Positions 12,701-25,458 of a stretch of DNA of 64,000 nucleotides are shown here, piece by piece. Location: positions 12,090,001-12,154,000 of the forward strand of contig NC_047029.1 of assembly GCF_902652985.1 (NCBI RefSeq). The letters run 5' to 3'. Below the pieces are notes generated by a model, which was not told the origin of the DNA, did not search any database, and saw only the letters and a list, made by a program, of their open reading frames with translations. Made by a program: the position numbers and the translations under genes. Each line of letters opens with the position of its first letter. Position 1 is the stretch's first letter. Source of the DNA: Pecten maximus (Eukaryota).

Positions 12701-13639
12701 ATTTGTGACCGATCTTATCTTTAAGATGCGATATCTTATATTAATCTGTACTGATGAAATGTAACTTCCCATTAACATATTTACAGGAACACAATACGAT
12801 ATGTATCACCTGGCGTACACGCGTTGCTGAGTGTGAGGGGGCGTAACCTGTTATAACGATTTCAACGAAAATAATGTTCTTAGTGAACGTTTTTGAATAA
12901 AACGTAGGTGTAAATTAAATGGAAAACGCAAGGTGTTATATTTGACAGCATGAGATATAATATTATGTCTTACAGAGTTGAACTGTAGGCTACACCTCTC
13001 AAAGCGCCTGATAACTGCTCACACGCGCTTCTGTACCAGCTATACCACATTACATATACCGAAACCGGCCCCTTATAAAACGACCAGAGGCTTCCTACAG
13101 GGAAACACGAAGATAAAAATACAGAAGCGTACATCATTAGCCGGTACAGGCCGATCGCGTAACGCCCTACATCTGTACAAGTCTGATATAATGTATTTTA
13201 GAGTCTGAATGTTGTGGAAACCTATAGAAGGGCGTAGCAGTATGCTGGTTTTTGCATCTAGCGGAAACAATTTTCAACCTTGAATTTGATTCAACACATT
13301 CAAGTATTCTCTTGTGAATAGCGTATGCATATCTAACGCATACCGCACGTGTAAGAACATTAACAAATACTCAATCCTATATAACATACGTCAAGATAAG
13401 TATACTGTACATACGTGTTGATCGCTTACGACATTCTAACATTCAATTATAGCAAAGGGTGATGCGGTGTAAATTGATGACACTTCGTCTTAAATAAAGG
13501 TAGACAACTCGTGTTTCACTGCGTTCTGGTGCACACGTTGAACTTTAACATGTTTGAAATATTTGGTGAAATCTCTAGTATGGGCAAATCCTTGTTAAAT
13601 GAACGATTGACACAGATTCCAATAAAATGCAAAGGACCA

Positions 13640-13880
13640 TGTGTTCAATAACGGAATGGGCAAGGTTTTGTTTTGACAGAGTAGTAAGGAATGATTTAAG
13701 ATTCTAGGTATTGCAACGGGGACAGAAGATCTATTTTTCCTCATCGTTGTCCCCTGAATAGGCACGAAAGAAACCCCCGATTCTTCCGGGGAACACATTT
13801 AGTTACATTCTACAATTAACATGCAGTTAGACAAACGCCTCTTATGACATGCGGTGAGCTACAGTAGGCATATTCCACAG
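13640..13880 (-). mobile_element. Family C copy (5'/middle part)
   Basis: Contains ttgcaacggggacagaagatctat, gtcccctgaatag, cccccgattcttc and cgcctcttatgacatgcggtgagctacag, collinear with 18425-18560. Confidence 0.65.
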
Positions 13881-16487
13881 GACACATCATATTGCCTTAC
13901 GGCCCATCGACAGTTTGAGTCATGTCGGGCCAAACAACCGAGATTTCAAGAACGTTCACAAAAGGATAATTCATCAAAATTAAATTAAAATGTCAAAAGG
14001 TAAAAATAAATATAAAAATCAATGATACCAAATGAAATGTTCGCAAAACGCATTATATTTTGATCTTGACATAGTAATAGGAAAAAATATTTCCCATTGA
14101 AATCATAATTTTGAGAATAATTATACAAGGTGTAACGACATGAATCACATTGAAAAATATTGAAATCTCATCATACATTTTCTCACGAAACAGAAAACAA
14201 AACAATCGTTTTAATCCAATTTCATTACAAACCATGTGACCAAGTCAGGCACGTCAGGCACATACTTTGGTAATTGGTAATTATGTCGCCTGAGAGAAGA
14301 GTTATAGGACTCCAAGGAGACACAGTGCCTCTTGAAGTCTTCGATAAAAAGCTAAATGTTGCACCACCGAGAATTTATGAGGAATGTGCACTTTGATTGG
14401 TGGAATGCCAGTCCATGCAGAGAAATCTCTACGTGCACGCGTATGTCCTGGGAAAGATTCCGAAAAAGTCAGGGTCCATAATATCTGCTTTGATTATTTT
14501 TACCAGTTTTTATTTGTTTGATGTTTCAAGTTTTGTGAACGTAGTTTTAAAGTGTTGTTTGGCCTAAATGAGAAAAAATAGATGAATAAATATAATTGAA
14601 AACATATTTGTCAATTAAAAATTGTAATTAGATTGTATTACCTTCAAGAAATACATTATAATTAGCACAATTATCATAACATATTCTTTTGGCTTTAAAA
14701 CGTATTTATAGTGATTTACTTTTTCTGAACAATACCTTTGGAAGTAAATGGGTATGCCTTTCGAGATACACAGCCTAATGATTCTCCACACACTGTGATT
14801 CCCCGTATAGCACACAATACATATGTGTAAAGCCAGAATATATGTAAATGTGATATATTCCCATATTTCTTCAAATCAAAAATTAAATCAATCGTAATGT
14901 TATTTTTTATAACGCAAACTGATTATTATACAATATGATATTCTATATGACGTCGCAGTGAATGATTTGGACCAATAGAGCAACAAAGGTGATATGACAC
15001 GACACCACCAGCGTCAGCTTTCAATGTGCAAACGAGAGATTTCAACGAAATTTCGTTTTACTCTGCCTCAATTTGTGTGGAACAAGAGGTCCAAGTCGAA
15101 ACTGTAAGATCCTATTTGTGCTTGAGTTAGCATACTGACATGCGAAACTGTTTCAGTCTTGGTGATTCTATACATTTGTCGACGTACACACATGATATAC
15201 AGGCGTTATAAGGACATGTACTTAGATCAAGATTTGGTTAAAATTCCCCCGTGGGACCACTACTTGAACTTGGACATTTTACAACAGTAATTTGTTCCGC
15301 ACAAGACTGCGTCTGTTTCAATACGAACGTATGAAACTGCCGTATCTATTCTTTAGGTCACATTATTATGGAATCCATAGCACTTACATTTTAACCGTTG
15401 CGAGAACCTATTTGGCCAATTGATAATGTCTGATTATGTTAACAAAATTCATCGAAATCTGTTGATTTTGAATCAATAACACAGGAAAGTCAATCGCAGA
15501 GGCCGTATGTACAAGAAAGTAAATTGCAATCACAGGAGCAGTTTTGATATTATCGAATGTCTCACTGCACGTTTTCATTTCTTTGCTAATATAAAACCTA
15601 CGTATTGCTCATTTCCAACAGGATGTTTGGGTTTTGCAACGGATATGACGTTACAACCCGTATGCACTGCAAAATCGTCACTTATACGATAGACAATCGT
15701 GATGGTGGCGGTACAACTAAGTTGTAAATGTATTGAAATATTCTCATCTTCTGATTTAGACACATACGACTCCTTAATTTCAGAAACGGCTTATATTCTT
15801 TCGTTTGATGTTAAGATATCAACGTCATTCATCACACATCATACACTGAATTATAACACAAGATAAGAAAGGACTAAATGGACGAGAATTTCTCAAATGA
15901 AATCGATATATTTTAATTGGTATACTATGTTAATGTCTCCAAGGTTATCCAGTTTTTCATGCTGCAGACAATCACATATATTTCCGAAAAGTATTATGAG
16001 ACATTTATTGATCTTGTAATTGATGCATATATGTCTGAAGATAAGGGAAATGTGTCTTTATCTCTCCTTCATGTATCATCTGTCGTGTGGATAGAACAAA
16101 TGTGCAGATATAATGCATATCGTGTATTATAGCGATAAGACTGTATATCACTATTATATTTAAAGGCGATATAAACTCTAAATAATATACTGTTTACCAT
16201 AAAAAGCTGACGGTAAAAAAAATTGTAGTTTGAAGTGTTTTTATCTTTTTCCTGATAACCACAGATATGATGATCTATTCCTCCCATGAGATTTACATAC
16301 TGTAACACGTACTCTTGCAGACTCAGTGAAGTCCATGGGTTAAAGCTCGAGATGGATTTGCATTATTTGTGTTTTAAAATATTCCTACAAAAAAGGCGGA
16401 TCGTTGTGTTTGCAAAATGGCAAGGCATGTTAAATTTTAAACTACAATTTATATTAATATGATAATGTAGAAAGGGACTAAAAGAAA

Positions 16488-16715
16488 GCTCCTGTAAGAA
16501 TCGGGGGTATCATCCGTGCCTTCTATTTTGGTAATTTCAATCGGTGTCCTTAATTTCGCTGTTTAGGAAGATACCTTGGATCTTGTGCCCCCATTGCAAC
16601 AGTTGATATCTTAAATCATTCTTTTCTTTCCTCACTGTTTTCTTCTAAGGTGGCTTCTTGACATCCGTCCTTATATGACTCTTACTGATACAAGTATGTT
16701 TAAACCTAAACAGAA
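16488..16715 (+). mobile_element. Family C copy (old)
   Basis: ctcctgtaagaatcggggg...gatcttgtgcccccattgcaaca...cgtccttatatgact...tttaaacctaaac. Confidence 0.6.
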
Positions 16716-17043
16716 ATAAAACAAAAGGTGCATTTACAGCAATAGCATAGTCTCCGACGTTTTAAACATTTTGTTTCTAGGGGTTTAACGTCCTCACAGC
16801 AGTCACGGGTATATGAAGGCGAGTGTTGCAAGGAGAATTAGCAGAGGACAAAACACGGATTGACATATGAAGACCATATCTTCAAATATATGAAACAGAA
16901 GTCCATGTCGAATATTCAAAAGAAAATCGTTTCGTCATTGAAAAATAAAATTTGGTGGGGATGTTTAAAAAAAACTAGGCACGCTCCTTGTATCTTTAAT
17001 GCTAGCATTCAGTGCATTCCATTGATATGCGAAAAGGGAACTA

Positions 17044-17349
17044 TGTTTGGTGTTGTATTGTTTAACGTGCTATGACCAGTTTTATAGTTTAGATACGGTC
17101 CCGTTTGCAAAATGCATGCCTGCGGGACAGATGCCAACTTTATAGGGATACCTCTTTGAAGCACACTGCAGCAAGACATTATACTGACAACGGTCGAACC
17201 AGCTGTACCACCCCGAAAATGCTGAGCGTTGGTCCGGATTAGCTTCATGTACTATCATATTTATTGATTATGTTATGCCACGGCCAGTAGACAGGTCCCA
17301 AAGCCTTCCTCATAGGGCTGATCGCCCCGTTAAGGTCCAAAAAGAGGCA
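17044..17349 (-). mobile_element. SINE family A, old near-full copy
   Basis: The tail, the core (cattatactgacaacggtcgaaccag...atgctgagcg) and the head (cccaaagccttcctcatagggc...ccaaaaagaggc) are all recognisable but diverged. Confidence 0.7.
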
Positions 17350-17694
17350 GTTAACTTTCATTCATAATATTTTATGTAATTTTGTCACAATTTATATGTT
17401 CAGAAAAATAAAGAGAGGCTAAAAAATTCTATGAAGTGATAAAACCATTGTTCGAAGTAAAGTAGAAAACTATTGTTCACATGGATATTTAGAACAGCAG
17501 TAAACTACACCGAATAATGATATCAGTATAAAATAACTGTCCCTCTATATAAAGTATTCACAAATACACCAATAACCACACTCATACGTACAAATACGCC
17601 ATCTGATACGTAATTGGATTCTCGATAAATATAAATGATGGAACTTTATTATGTATCAGCAACTTAATTGACCGATATTGATTACTCTGCATTT

Positions 17695-18570
17695 TTTGTT
17701 TTTAGGGGTTTAACGTCCTCCATGGTTATATGAGGATAGGTGTCAAAGAGACAACTCTAGAAAAAACTTACCATGGTTATGTGAGGATTGGTGACAAAGA
17801 GACAGCTCTAGAAATAACTTACCATGGTTATGTGAGGATTGGTGACAAAGAGACAGCACTAGAAAAAACTTACCGTGGTTATTTGAGGATGGTGAAAAAG
17901 AGACAGCTCTAGAAATAACTTACTATGGTTATATGAGGATAGATGTCAAAGAGACAACACTAGAAAAACACTAACCATGGTTATATGAGGATAGGTGTCA
18001 AAGTGACAACTCTAGAAAAAACTAACCATGGTAATATGAGGATTTGTGTCAAAGAGACAACTCTAGAAAAAACTAACCATGGTAATATGAGGATTTGTGT
18101 CAAAGGGACAACTCTAGAAAAAAACTAACCATGGTAATATGAGGATTTGTGTCAAAGAGACAACTCTAGAAAAAACTAACCATGGTAATATGAGGATTTG
18201 TGTCAAAGAGACAACTCTAGAAAAAACTAACCATGGTAATATGAGGATTTGTGTCAAAGGGACAACTCTAGAAAAAACTAACCATGGTAATATGAGGATT
18301 TGTGTCAAAGAGACAACTCTAGAAAAAACTAACCATGGTAATATGAGGATTTGTGTCAAAGGGACAACTCTAGAAAAAAAACTAACAAACAAACAAAGCA
18401 CAGAAAGACAGAGCAGTGAGTCAAGTGTTGCAATGGTGTCAGAAGATCTAGTTTGGTCTCTTTGATGTCCCCTAAATAGAACACTATCTCTGATTCTACA
18501 GGGGGCCCACAATTAGTCGACTCTTACCACACGCAGTGAGATACAGCGGGCATATTTTATCATCCCTCTT
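17695..18570 (-). mobile_element. Family C copy carrying an internal tandem amplification
   Basis: Tail at 17695-17720 (taggggtttaacgtcct), array at 17720-18386, and the remaining body at 18387-18570, which matches 33085-33290 in reverse complement. Confidence 0.75.
17720..18386. repeat. 51-bp minisatellite, 13 units (CCATGGTAATATGAGGATTTGTGTCAAAGAGACAACTCTAGAAAAAACTAA)
   Basis: Unit starts: 17720, 17771, 17822, 17873, 17923, 17975, 18026, 18077, 18129, 18180, 18231, 18282, 18333. Confidence 0.97.
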
Positions 18571-18635
18571 CTGCACCCTATATGTGGTGCCGGGGATCCA
18601 CTAGTATATTAGTAGTTCTGTAGATATATTCTTAT

Positions 18636-18831
18636 TTCAGTGAGATAGCACTATAAATCGACAAAAGTTCCGGCCTATCACAAGGAGACTTAACACGAAC
18701 ATACCGCAGCCTCCCAAAACACACATACGCACTCACCACACGCATGCATGTCGCACGCATGGGAGGCCGTCCTTAAATGAACTTAGCTGTTAATAGGACG
18801 TTAAACAAAATAAACCAAACCAAACCAAACC
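18636..18831 (+). mobile_element. SINE family A, 5'-truncated young copy
   Basis: Near-identical to the reverse complement of 36878-37070. It ends in ccttaaatgaacttagctgttaataggacgttaaacaaaat(aaacc)n. Confidence 0.9.
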
Positions 18832-19359
18832 GCAAGTTATGTATCTACTTTTACCAGGAGCAGATAGAAATTGAATAAAAAAAAGACAGAGAAGCAAAGA
18901 AAGCATAAGCGCGGGAAAGATCGCGCAATGCGACAGGTGTCAGTTTGTTACTGGCCAAACAGATTACCAATTACATTCACAAATCACACTCGCCTACATT
19001 CCTTTCAGAACAAAGTAACACACGAGATTGGGAGATGCGGGGCGTGGGTCGCGGATTGAAATCAATGGCAACCATATATCAAATAATACTAATTGGATTC
19101 AATACATTTTAACCGAGTCCCATTTACGTCACCCTCGCATACGTTCCATTTAAAACGAAAGCAACACACGACACTAGGTGACAGCGGAAGCGAAGCGTGG
19201 ACTACCAATTAAAATGAATGACACAACATTATACAAAATAAAACTAATTGAATTATACTCAATACATTTTAACGAAATCTTTGAAATATAAATAATCAAA
19301 ATAATTTGACAAATCTAACAGGGTACCGGATCCACATAAGCTTCACGATTCGATTATTT

Positions 19360-19720
19360 TTGCCCGGAGATCAACATTTTTCGACTGACTTCTTTGATGC
19401 TTGGAAGGCTTTATAATCATGATATGAAGTTATATTTGCTAAAAAAGAATTCTGATTCAATTTTCCTTGCGAAAGTTATTACCATTCGTTATTTCAGTAT
19501 TTAATAAATTTCTCCGGCAATCTCCAACTTTTCACCGATCTCTTTGAAACATGAAAGATATTATGATCCTGATATTAAAATGCGTCTCATTAAAAAGTAT
19601 CCTAAAACTGTTTTCGCAAAAGTCATCCCTCTTCGTTTATTTCAGTAGTTATTTTTTGTCTCGAGATTTCCTCCTATATTTTTGACTGATTTCTTTGAAA
19701 CTTAGTATGCATTGGAGTCA
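19360..19720. repeat. Degenerate satellite-like units of about 150 bp (about 2.5 copies), resembling bivalve pearl/HINE-associated central repeats
   Basis: A recurring block ccgg..atc....ttt.gactgatttctttgaaactt...aaagttat..c..ttcgttatttcagta starts at about 19360, 19512 and 19657. Confidence 0.5.
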
Positions 19721-19959
19721 AAATAAATTGTAATGTTTCCCTAAAGAAATTCTGATAATGCAGACTTAAGTACAGTGTACTTGTCTTCCTCAAACTTAAT
19801 TAAATACTGACTTTGTAGTGAAAAGTGATATTTATACCATGAGACAGAGCCACGCTTAAGGTGATGCAAACTATATTTTCATGCAAGATAATATATGACA
19901 ATTTATTACATAATGCGTTTGATTTCCCTTAAACTTTGCATAAGGTATTTACAAAAAAA

Positions 19960-20576
19960 ATATCATGGGTGTCTGTGCAATAGTTCAGAATACTTGACAC
20001 GAGGTACTGGTAATCAACCAATGTTCTATTGCACGAGGCAGTACCGATGGTCAACTATTTTGGACTATTGCAAAGACACCCATGATATACTTATCTTATT
20101 ACCTAATCAGTAAAACACACTTAGAATCACTGAAATCTCGACTTTCCTTTAGGCTTAAAAGTCGCCATAACTGATGTCGGCAGTGTTGACATCTGAGGGA
20201 CATAGACGCTTGAAAGGTTAGGACAAAATTCCGAAACGTCAAAAGTGTTCAAAAGTTCGCACGTGAACAAATTCCCAAGCATTACAGATGTTCAATAGTT
20301 TGCACATGACCGTGCTATAATAATTTTAGCCGTGCAATAGTTCAAAATATAGCTAATGCGTATAGTTAAAGAAAATCTAACGCGCTATGTAATAAATTGA
20401 ACAAAAATGACTTTCACGGTCACGTACGAACTATTGAGGAATTTAGTCCTTCCCTTTCAAGCGTCTAATTCACTCAGATGTCAATACTGCGAGACGATGC
20501 ACTCCAATAGAACATCGGTTGATGACCAGTTCCTCGTGTCAAATATTCTGGACTATTGTACAGACGCCCATGATAT
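19960..20576. mobile_element. Non-autonomous DNA element with a terminal hairpin and nested inverted repeats
   Basis: The arm atatcatgggtgtctgtgcaatagt(t/c)cagaata at 19960 is inverted both at about 20055-20088 and, over about 75 bp, at about 20503-20576. A second IR pair lies at about 20177-20235 / 20435-20492. Confidence 0.75.
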
Positions 20577-20929
20577 GTTTTAATAATATGGCATATATAT
20601 GACGGGGGTATAGTGTGTCACCCTGCGGTACACTAAACAATTGAAGGAAAAACTGAAATTTTTTTTTTAAAGTTTTGAATTTAAGCTTCCTTGTGTGTGT
20701 GTGTGTGGTTTTTTTGGTTTTTGTTTTGTTTTTGTTTTTTGTTTTTGGTTTTTTTTTTTTGAAAACAATTTAACCGTTTTCCAATTAGAACTAACGGCTA
20801 TTTAAGCCAGATACATGATTGTTGTGAAACCGAATCTGTACATGAACTTCTAATGCAGTTGCTAATTGCTCGTTCCATAAGATTAATGTGAAGATAAGTT
20901 ACCACTGTTTGCACTTTTCCTCACTCTCA

Positions 20930-21095
20930 ACGCTGTTCGATCCCCCCGACCGAATTTTAAAATGTGTGTCCCCTGCCTGAAACACTTTGGATTTGCGAGT
21001 ACTCCTGTTTCCGCCGACAATAAGACACTCGTAAACTTCGGTCAATGCAACCAAGAGTGATTAGTATAAGCTGATACATCTTGATTTTCAATTGT
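20930..21095 (+). mobile_element. Old V-core SINE fragment with a different tail
   Basis: A B-box-like gttcgatccc is followed by a degenerate V core gagtactcctgtttccgccgac. Confidence 0.4.
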
Positions 21096-22133
21096 GATAT
21101 AAAGTTGAAATAGTCATAATCACCTCACTTTGTACCTCTCTACCCGACGTTAACCTTTAAAGCTAATGTCTGGTTTGTATGTTGTCGGTATGTTTGATGT
21201 CATATTGTCTTTTGCCCATTTTTCTCATGTTTAATCACCATCTTTGGTCCTAATGACCGTTATAGTGTTGATGGGCCGTTAAGAACCTATAACTAACAAG
21301 GTTTCTGTGTCCGTGTACGCTATTACGAAAAATGACATCAGATGATTCGTGGTTATTGTCCTGAAATGACATAAGATTAATAGCATGTCTACAACAACTA
21401 ATAACCAAATGGACCCAGCAGATTTACTTCAAACTATCACTAGCAAAAGGCAAATATCGAGCAGATATGTATAGACTAGGGTCGGTCTTGGCTAGAAAAC
21501 TGCACCAACAACGTAACCTGCTGGAACGATGCTCCACACTATATTTAAAATGTAGAGAGGTCGTTTATGTATGCATGTCTGTATTAGTCGATTCCCGCAA
21601 CATGCAGGAAATCATTGGTTTTCAGGGTGTTTGTATTTTATTAAAATTCTGGACTTCACATAACATCCTCTAAAAGTGCAACGTGATTCGATTTGGTAGA
21701 TTGTTTAACAGTGTGATGGAAATTGGACATACTTTATTGTTAGAATATCGCAAAAAGGGGAGCTAATCCTGAGATTTTTCAACTTAAGTGACACTAAGGG
21801 AGATCAGATTTACTGCTACAGACACCATTAAACGTCCAACATCATGCTGAAGTGGGCTAAAACTGGACATAAACTATCTATTGACTTTTTCTATCCTGTC
21901 GTTTTGTCTATTACAATGCCATCTCATACGCAGCGACCAATCACATTGCTGCATTTAACTGAATTTTATAGACCGCAGTCGACTTGAGGACGAATAACCG
22001 CGGTTCCCTTTGAACCCAGGTATATACTGAAGGCTTGTATATGAATCTCCTGTAACACATCGATGCCGAAAATATAATTAAAGCTTGCATGCCGTCATTT
22101 GCATACCATCACTAACAGCAATATCTACTGTAA

Positions 22134-22452
22134 TTTGGTTTGGTTTAGCATTGTTTAACGTCAACAGCTAAGGTCATTTAAGGACGGCCTCCCTGTGTGC
22201 GGTATGCATGCGTTAGGCATGTTAGGTGTATTTGTTCGTCTCCTATTGGTATTGTGGACAAAATATCGACTCTACTGATGCTTCCGGGCATATTATACTG
22301 ACAACGGACAAACCAGTCTCGGCCAGGGGGCAAAACCCAAAGCCTTCCTCACAAGGCGAACGCTGAAATGAAGGCCAAAAGTGGGGCATTGTCGATGGAG
22401 ACATTGAGAAGAAAAACGTTGTTAAGGAAGAAGATAAAAGATAAGATTCCCG
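22134..22452 (-). mobile_element. SINE family A, internally deleted copy with the 5' leader (22388-22452)
   Basis: Shared tail, then cattatactgacaacggacaaaccagtc, then the head cccaaagccttcctcac...ggccaaaagtggggc. It continues into the same purine-rich leader as 5103-5163 (ggagac.tt...gaagaa...aaaagataagat.cc). Confidence 0.8.
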
Positions 22453-23418
22453 AGATGTAATGGTAAATTATCCTATTGTAATCCGTGTAAATATGCCACT
22501 TACACAATCGGCAATCGTAACATTTCTAGGTTTCTTTCTGTCCTGCCTTCTCGTTCTGACAATGTTCTGTTTTCTTCTGTTGCTGTTGACGTGACGCATG
22601 TACTTGTTAGATCATGGTCAAGGGGATACCCCGTATAAATAGTTTATTGTTACTATAGGGGAGGAAGCGGGTTAGTCCCATTTAAAGTATGAATGTTTGT
22701 CTTAGTTCATAGATGATGTAAAAATTCAAAAGACACCAACATAGACATCAGATATTTGTGTATTTACCTCTTGATGTCGCACTTTTATTTATTTATTTAT
22801 TATTTATAAGAAGGGCAACAATTGAGACTATAGTTGTCATTGACAAAAACTCGAAACAAAAAAAAATGATATGTCTCAAATGTTGAAGTAAGTGCAGTGT
22901 TGCAGCACTTTCCGCAACAGATAAAAATGAGGTCCTACCGATCTGCAGTGTTGTCAATGTGTGTTACCTGTTACAATACCATGCTGTGAGGTACCACAAG
23001 CTTGCTTACTCTTCCCCTCGTATGAAAAGGGTTTGGTGTATCAGTCTATGTTATATACCTATACATTATTGCCTTCTTTAAAGGACACTATGATCTGATT
23101 GTGTTGTCGAGGGATGGTAAAGTACACGAGTCGATGGCATATCTAGCGAAGGTACACATATTTTAAGTACATCACACTCAAATCGTACATTGATCCGTTT
23201 GATATTATCGCCTCATTGTATCCATGTGTGTGGCCAATGGGAAGTCAGTATTCTGTCATGTGACGTTCTATGTCGCTGATGTTGAAGTGACACTTTAAAC
23301 ATCAAATGATATATCAAAGACGCAACTTTTACGACTCCAAACAATTCTATGTCAGTTCCAGTTACAGTTATACAATGCCTATTATTGAATTAGTTTCATG
23401 AGCTTGGTTTGAGTGTAG

Positions 23419-23537
23419 GCCTCCCACAACACAGATACGCACTTACCACACCCATGCATATCGCACGCACGGGAGGCCGTCCTTAAATGAACTTAACTGT
23501 TGATCGGACGTTAAACAAATAAAACCAAACCAAACAA
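23419..23537 (+). mobile_element. SINE family A 3' fragment
   Basis: gcctcccacaacac...gggaggccgtccttaaatgaactt...ggacgttaaacaaataaaaccaaacc. Confidence 0.85.
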
Positions 23538-25232
23538 ATCTGCTTGAAAGGCTGTGTATATTTTCAGGTTGTTAATTGTTTGAGTCTTGATAATATTACA
23601 CATATGTAGATACGGGAGTTGGTAGTACGTATATACTAAAGAGCTTGACGGCAAATAAAAGTAAACCAGACTTTTCGGATTTGTCATTTTACACAGACAT
23701 GTATGGACTTTGTTGGTTTGCTAACTACATGTAGTATGCCATTCACATAACCTCTCTAGGCGACCGGGAATGTTTACTTCAGCAAAATGCTTTATTAAAC
23801 CCAAATTATAAAAGTCGCTTTTTGTGTTTTCTCTATCTCTTTGTTGAATATTTCTTCTTCACAATAAATCAGGTTTTCTTCTCATGTTTAAAACTAGATT
23901 TTACCGTTCAGCATTTGTTATTTTTTGCTATCCGGTCTCGTCATTCGGAGACGCATTGTAGAAGCTGAAAGCATACATTCTAATAATTGCATTAGTAAAT
24001 ATTGACTTATTTCACTTAAACCGAGACAACATGTTTGGAATATATATATTCATATAGAATATTTCCTTCCAATACGGAGCCACAGATGACAATCAGTATT
24101 CAATATACATGTATGCGTCGTTTAAATGGCGTCTCAGAAGATAAGACATTGTGAAGACAATGACTTGGGTAAATATTCAAAGTAAATGTTGGCGTAGCCT
24201 CTGGTAACGTCTTAATATCATATAAATGTTGAAAACAGTATAGGACTAGTTTTATCTAACAGAAATCCGGCCGAGGAATGGCCAAATTACGGCTCTTAGC
24301 AGTAGTCATGTAAATTACGTAGTCATTTAACGACATAATCCTACACTTCCCCAGAATTATATACCTGAACTAAGTGTCGTCAAAAGACGAAGCAGCTGAC
24401 AATCTATCCCAGAGTGAATTGTAGTTACTCTTCATAGCAGTGCTATATTACTAAACACCAAGTTAGAAAATATTCTCGTTCTGTTACCAACTTGAACAGT
24501 TTTGATGGTTTTAGCTGCATATTAGTTCGGTCTTGGTAAGAAAAGTCCTATGGTACATGTATTTTATGATAAAACCTGCGGAAGTGAACCTGAGAGGTCA
24601 TCGTAAAGCCGAAACCAAACATTAAAATATCTAACTTACTGCGTATGATAGGGACCAAAATGAAATGTCAGAAACATTCTACGAAAACAGAGTGCAACGA
24701 AATGTAGAAATGAGACGCTTATAACCAGTATAACGACGTATATCAACCTCAATGTCCTCATTTCATGGCCACTAGGAGACAGACGATCTGCTCCTTGTGC
24801 TATTATATTCGACATTACTATCCTGGTTATTTAATCCTCTAAAGACCAACAAGGTTGCAACAAAGTTTGATAGCATAGTATGTCTCACTCACTCACTGCT
24901 GATAATACAAGCTTTAAGTGACTATGATAACAGTCTTTTAGTGTCACACAGAGACTACCAACTGTGAAAGTGCTTGATAATGTCTTGGTATAATATACAT
25001 ACTTGCCAATAAAATAATAGTGAGAAGTAATTACGTACACGGCAACGTGTGTTCAATCGTTGTTAATTTTCGGTTATTGTTAACTTGGTGAATTAATCCC
25101 TTCGCTGTGTCTATAATATGACGCTTTCAAGGAATCGACTGTCTTCATAAGACATTATGTGAGAAAAACAGGAGCAGGAGCGGGGAAAGAATAGGCCTGC
25201 TGAATCTCGTTGTATGCCCCTTTTTATGCCCA

Positions 25233-25264
<32 letters not shown>
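25233..25264 (+). repeat. Poly-G tract (32 nt); others at 26273-26294 and 61862-61879
   Basis: Directly visible homopolymers. Confidence 0.9.
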
Positions 25265-25265
<1 letters not shown>

Positions 25266-25458
25266 TTTGTCCGATGTCTCGTTTTCAGACGCCATGTCGA
25301 TGAAACATTGCCTTTATAAGTTGGACTAATCGTAATGTCCGTGTTCTCTTCTTGTTTGGTTTTTATTTTTTGTTTAACGTCATATCAAGAGCCACAGCAA
25401 TTATCAAGCCTATATGTTAAATGCCTGATTTCCACTGAAATACCAACTTTATAAGGAT

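Noticed and set aside
17720-18386. Possible CRISPR array or repeat-protein gene (ORFs 18114-18512 and 18139-18465)
   Set aside because: The units are head-to-tail with no unique spacers, there are no cas genes, and the context is eukaryotic. The ORFs arise only because the unit is 51 bp, and 50- or 52-bp units break the frame.
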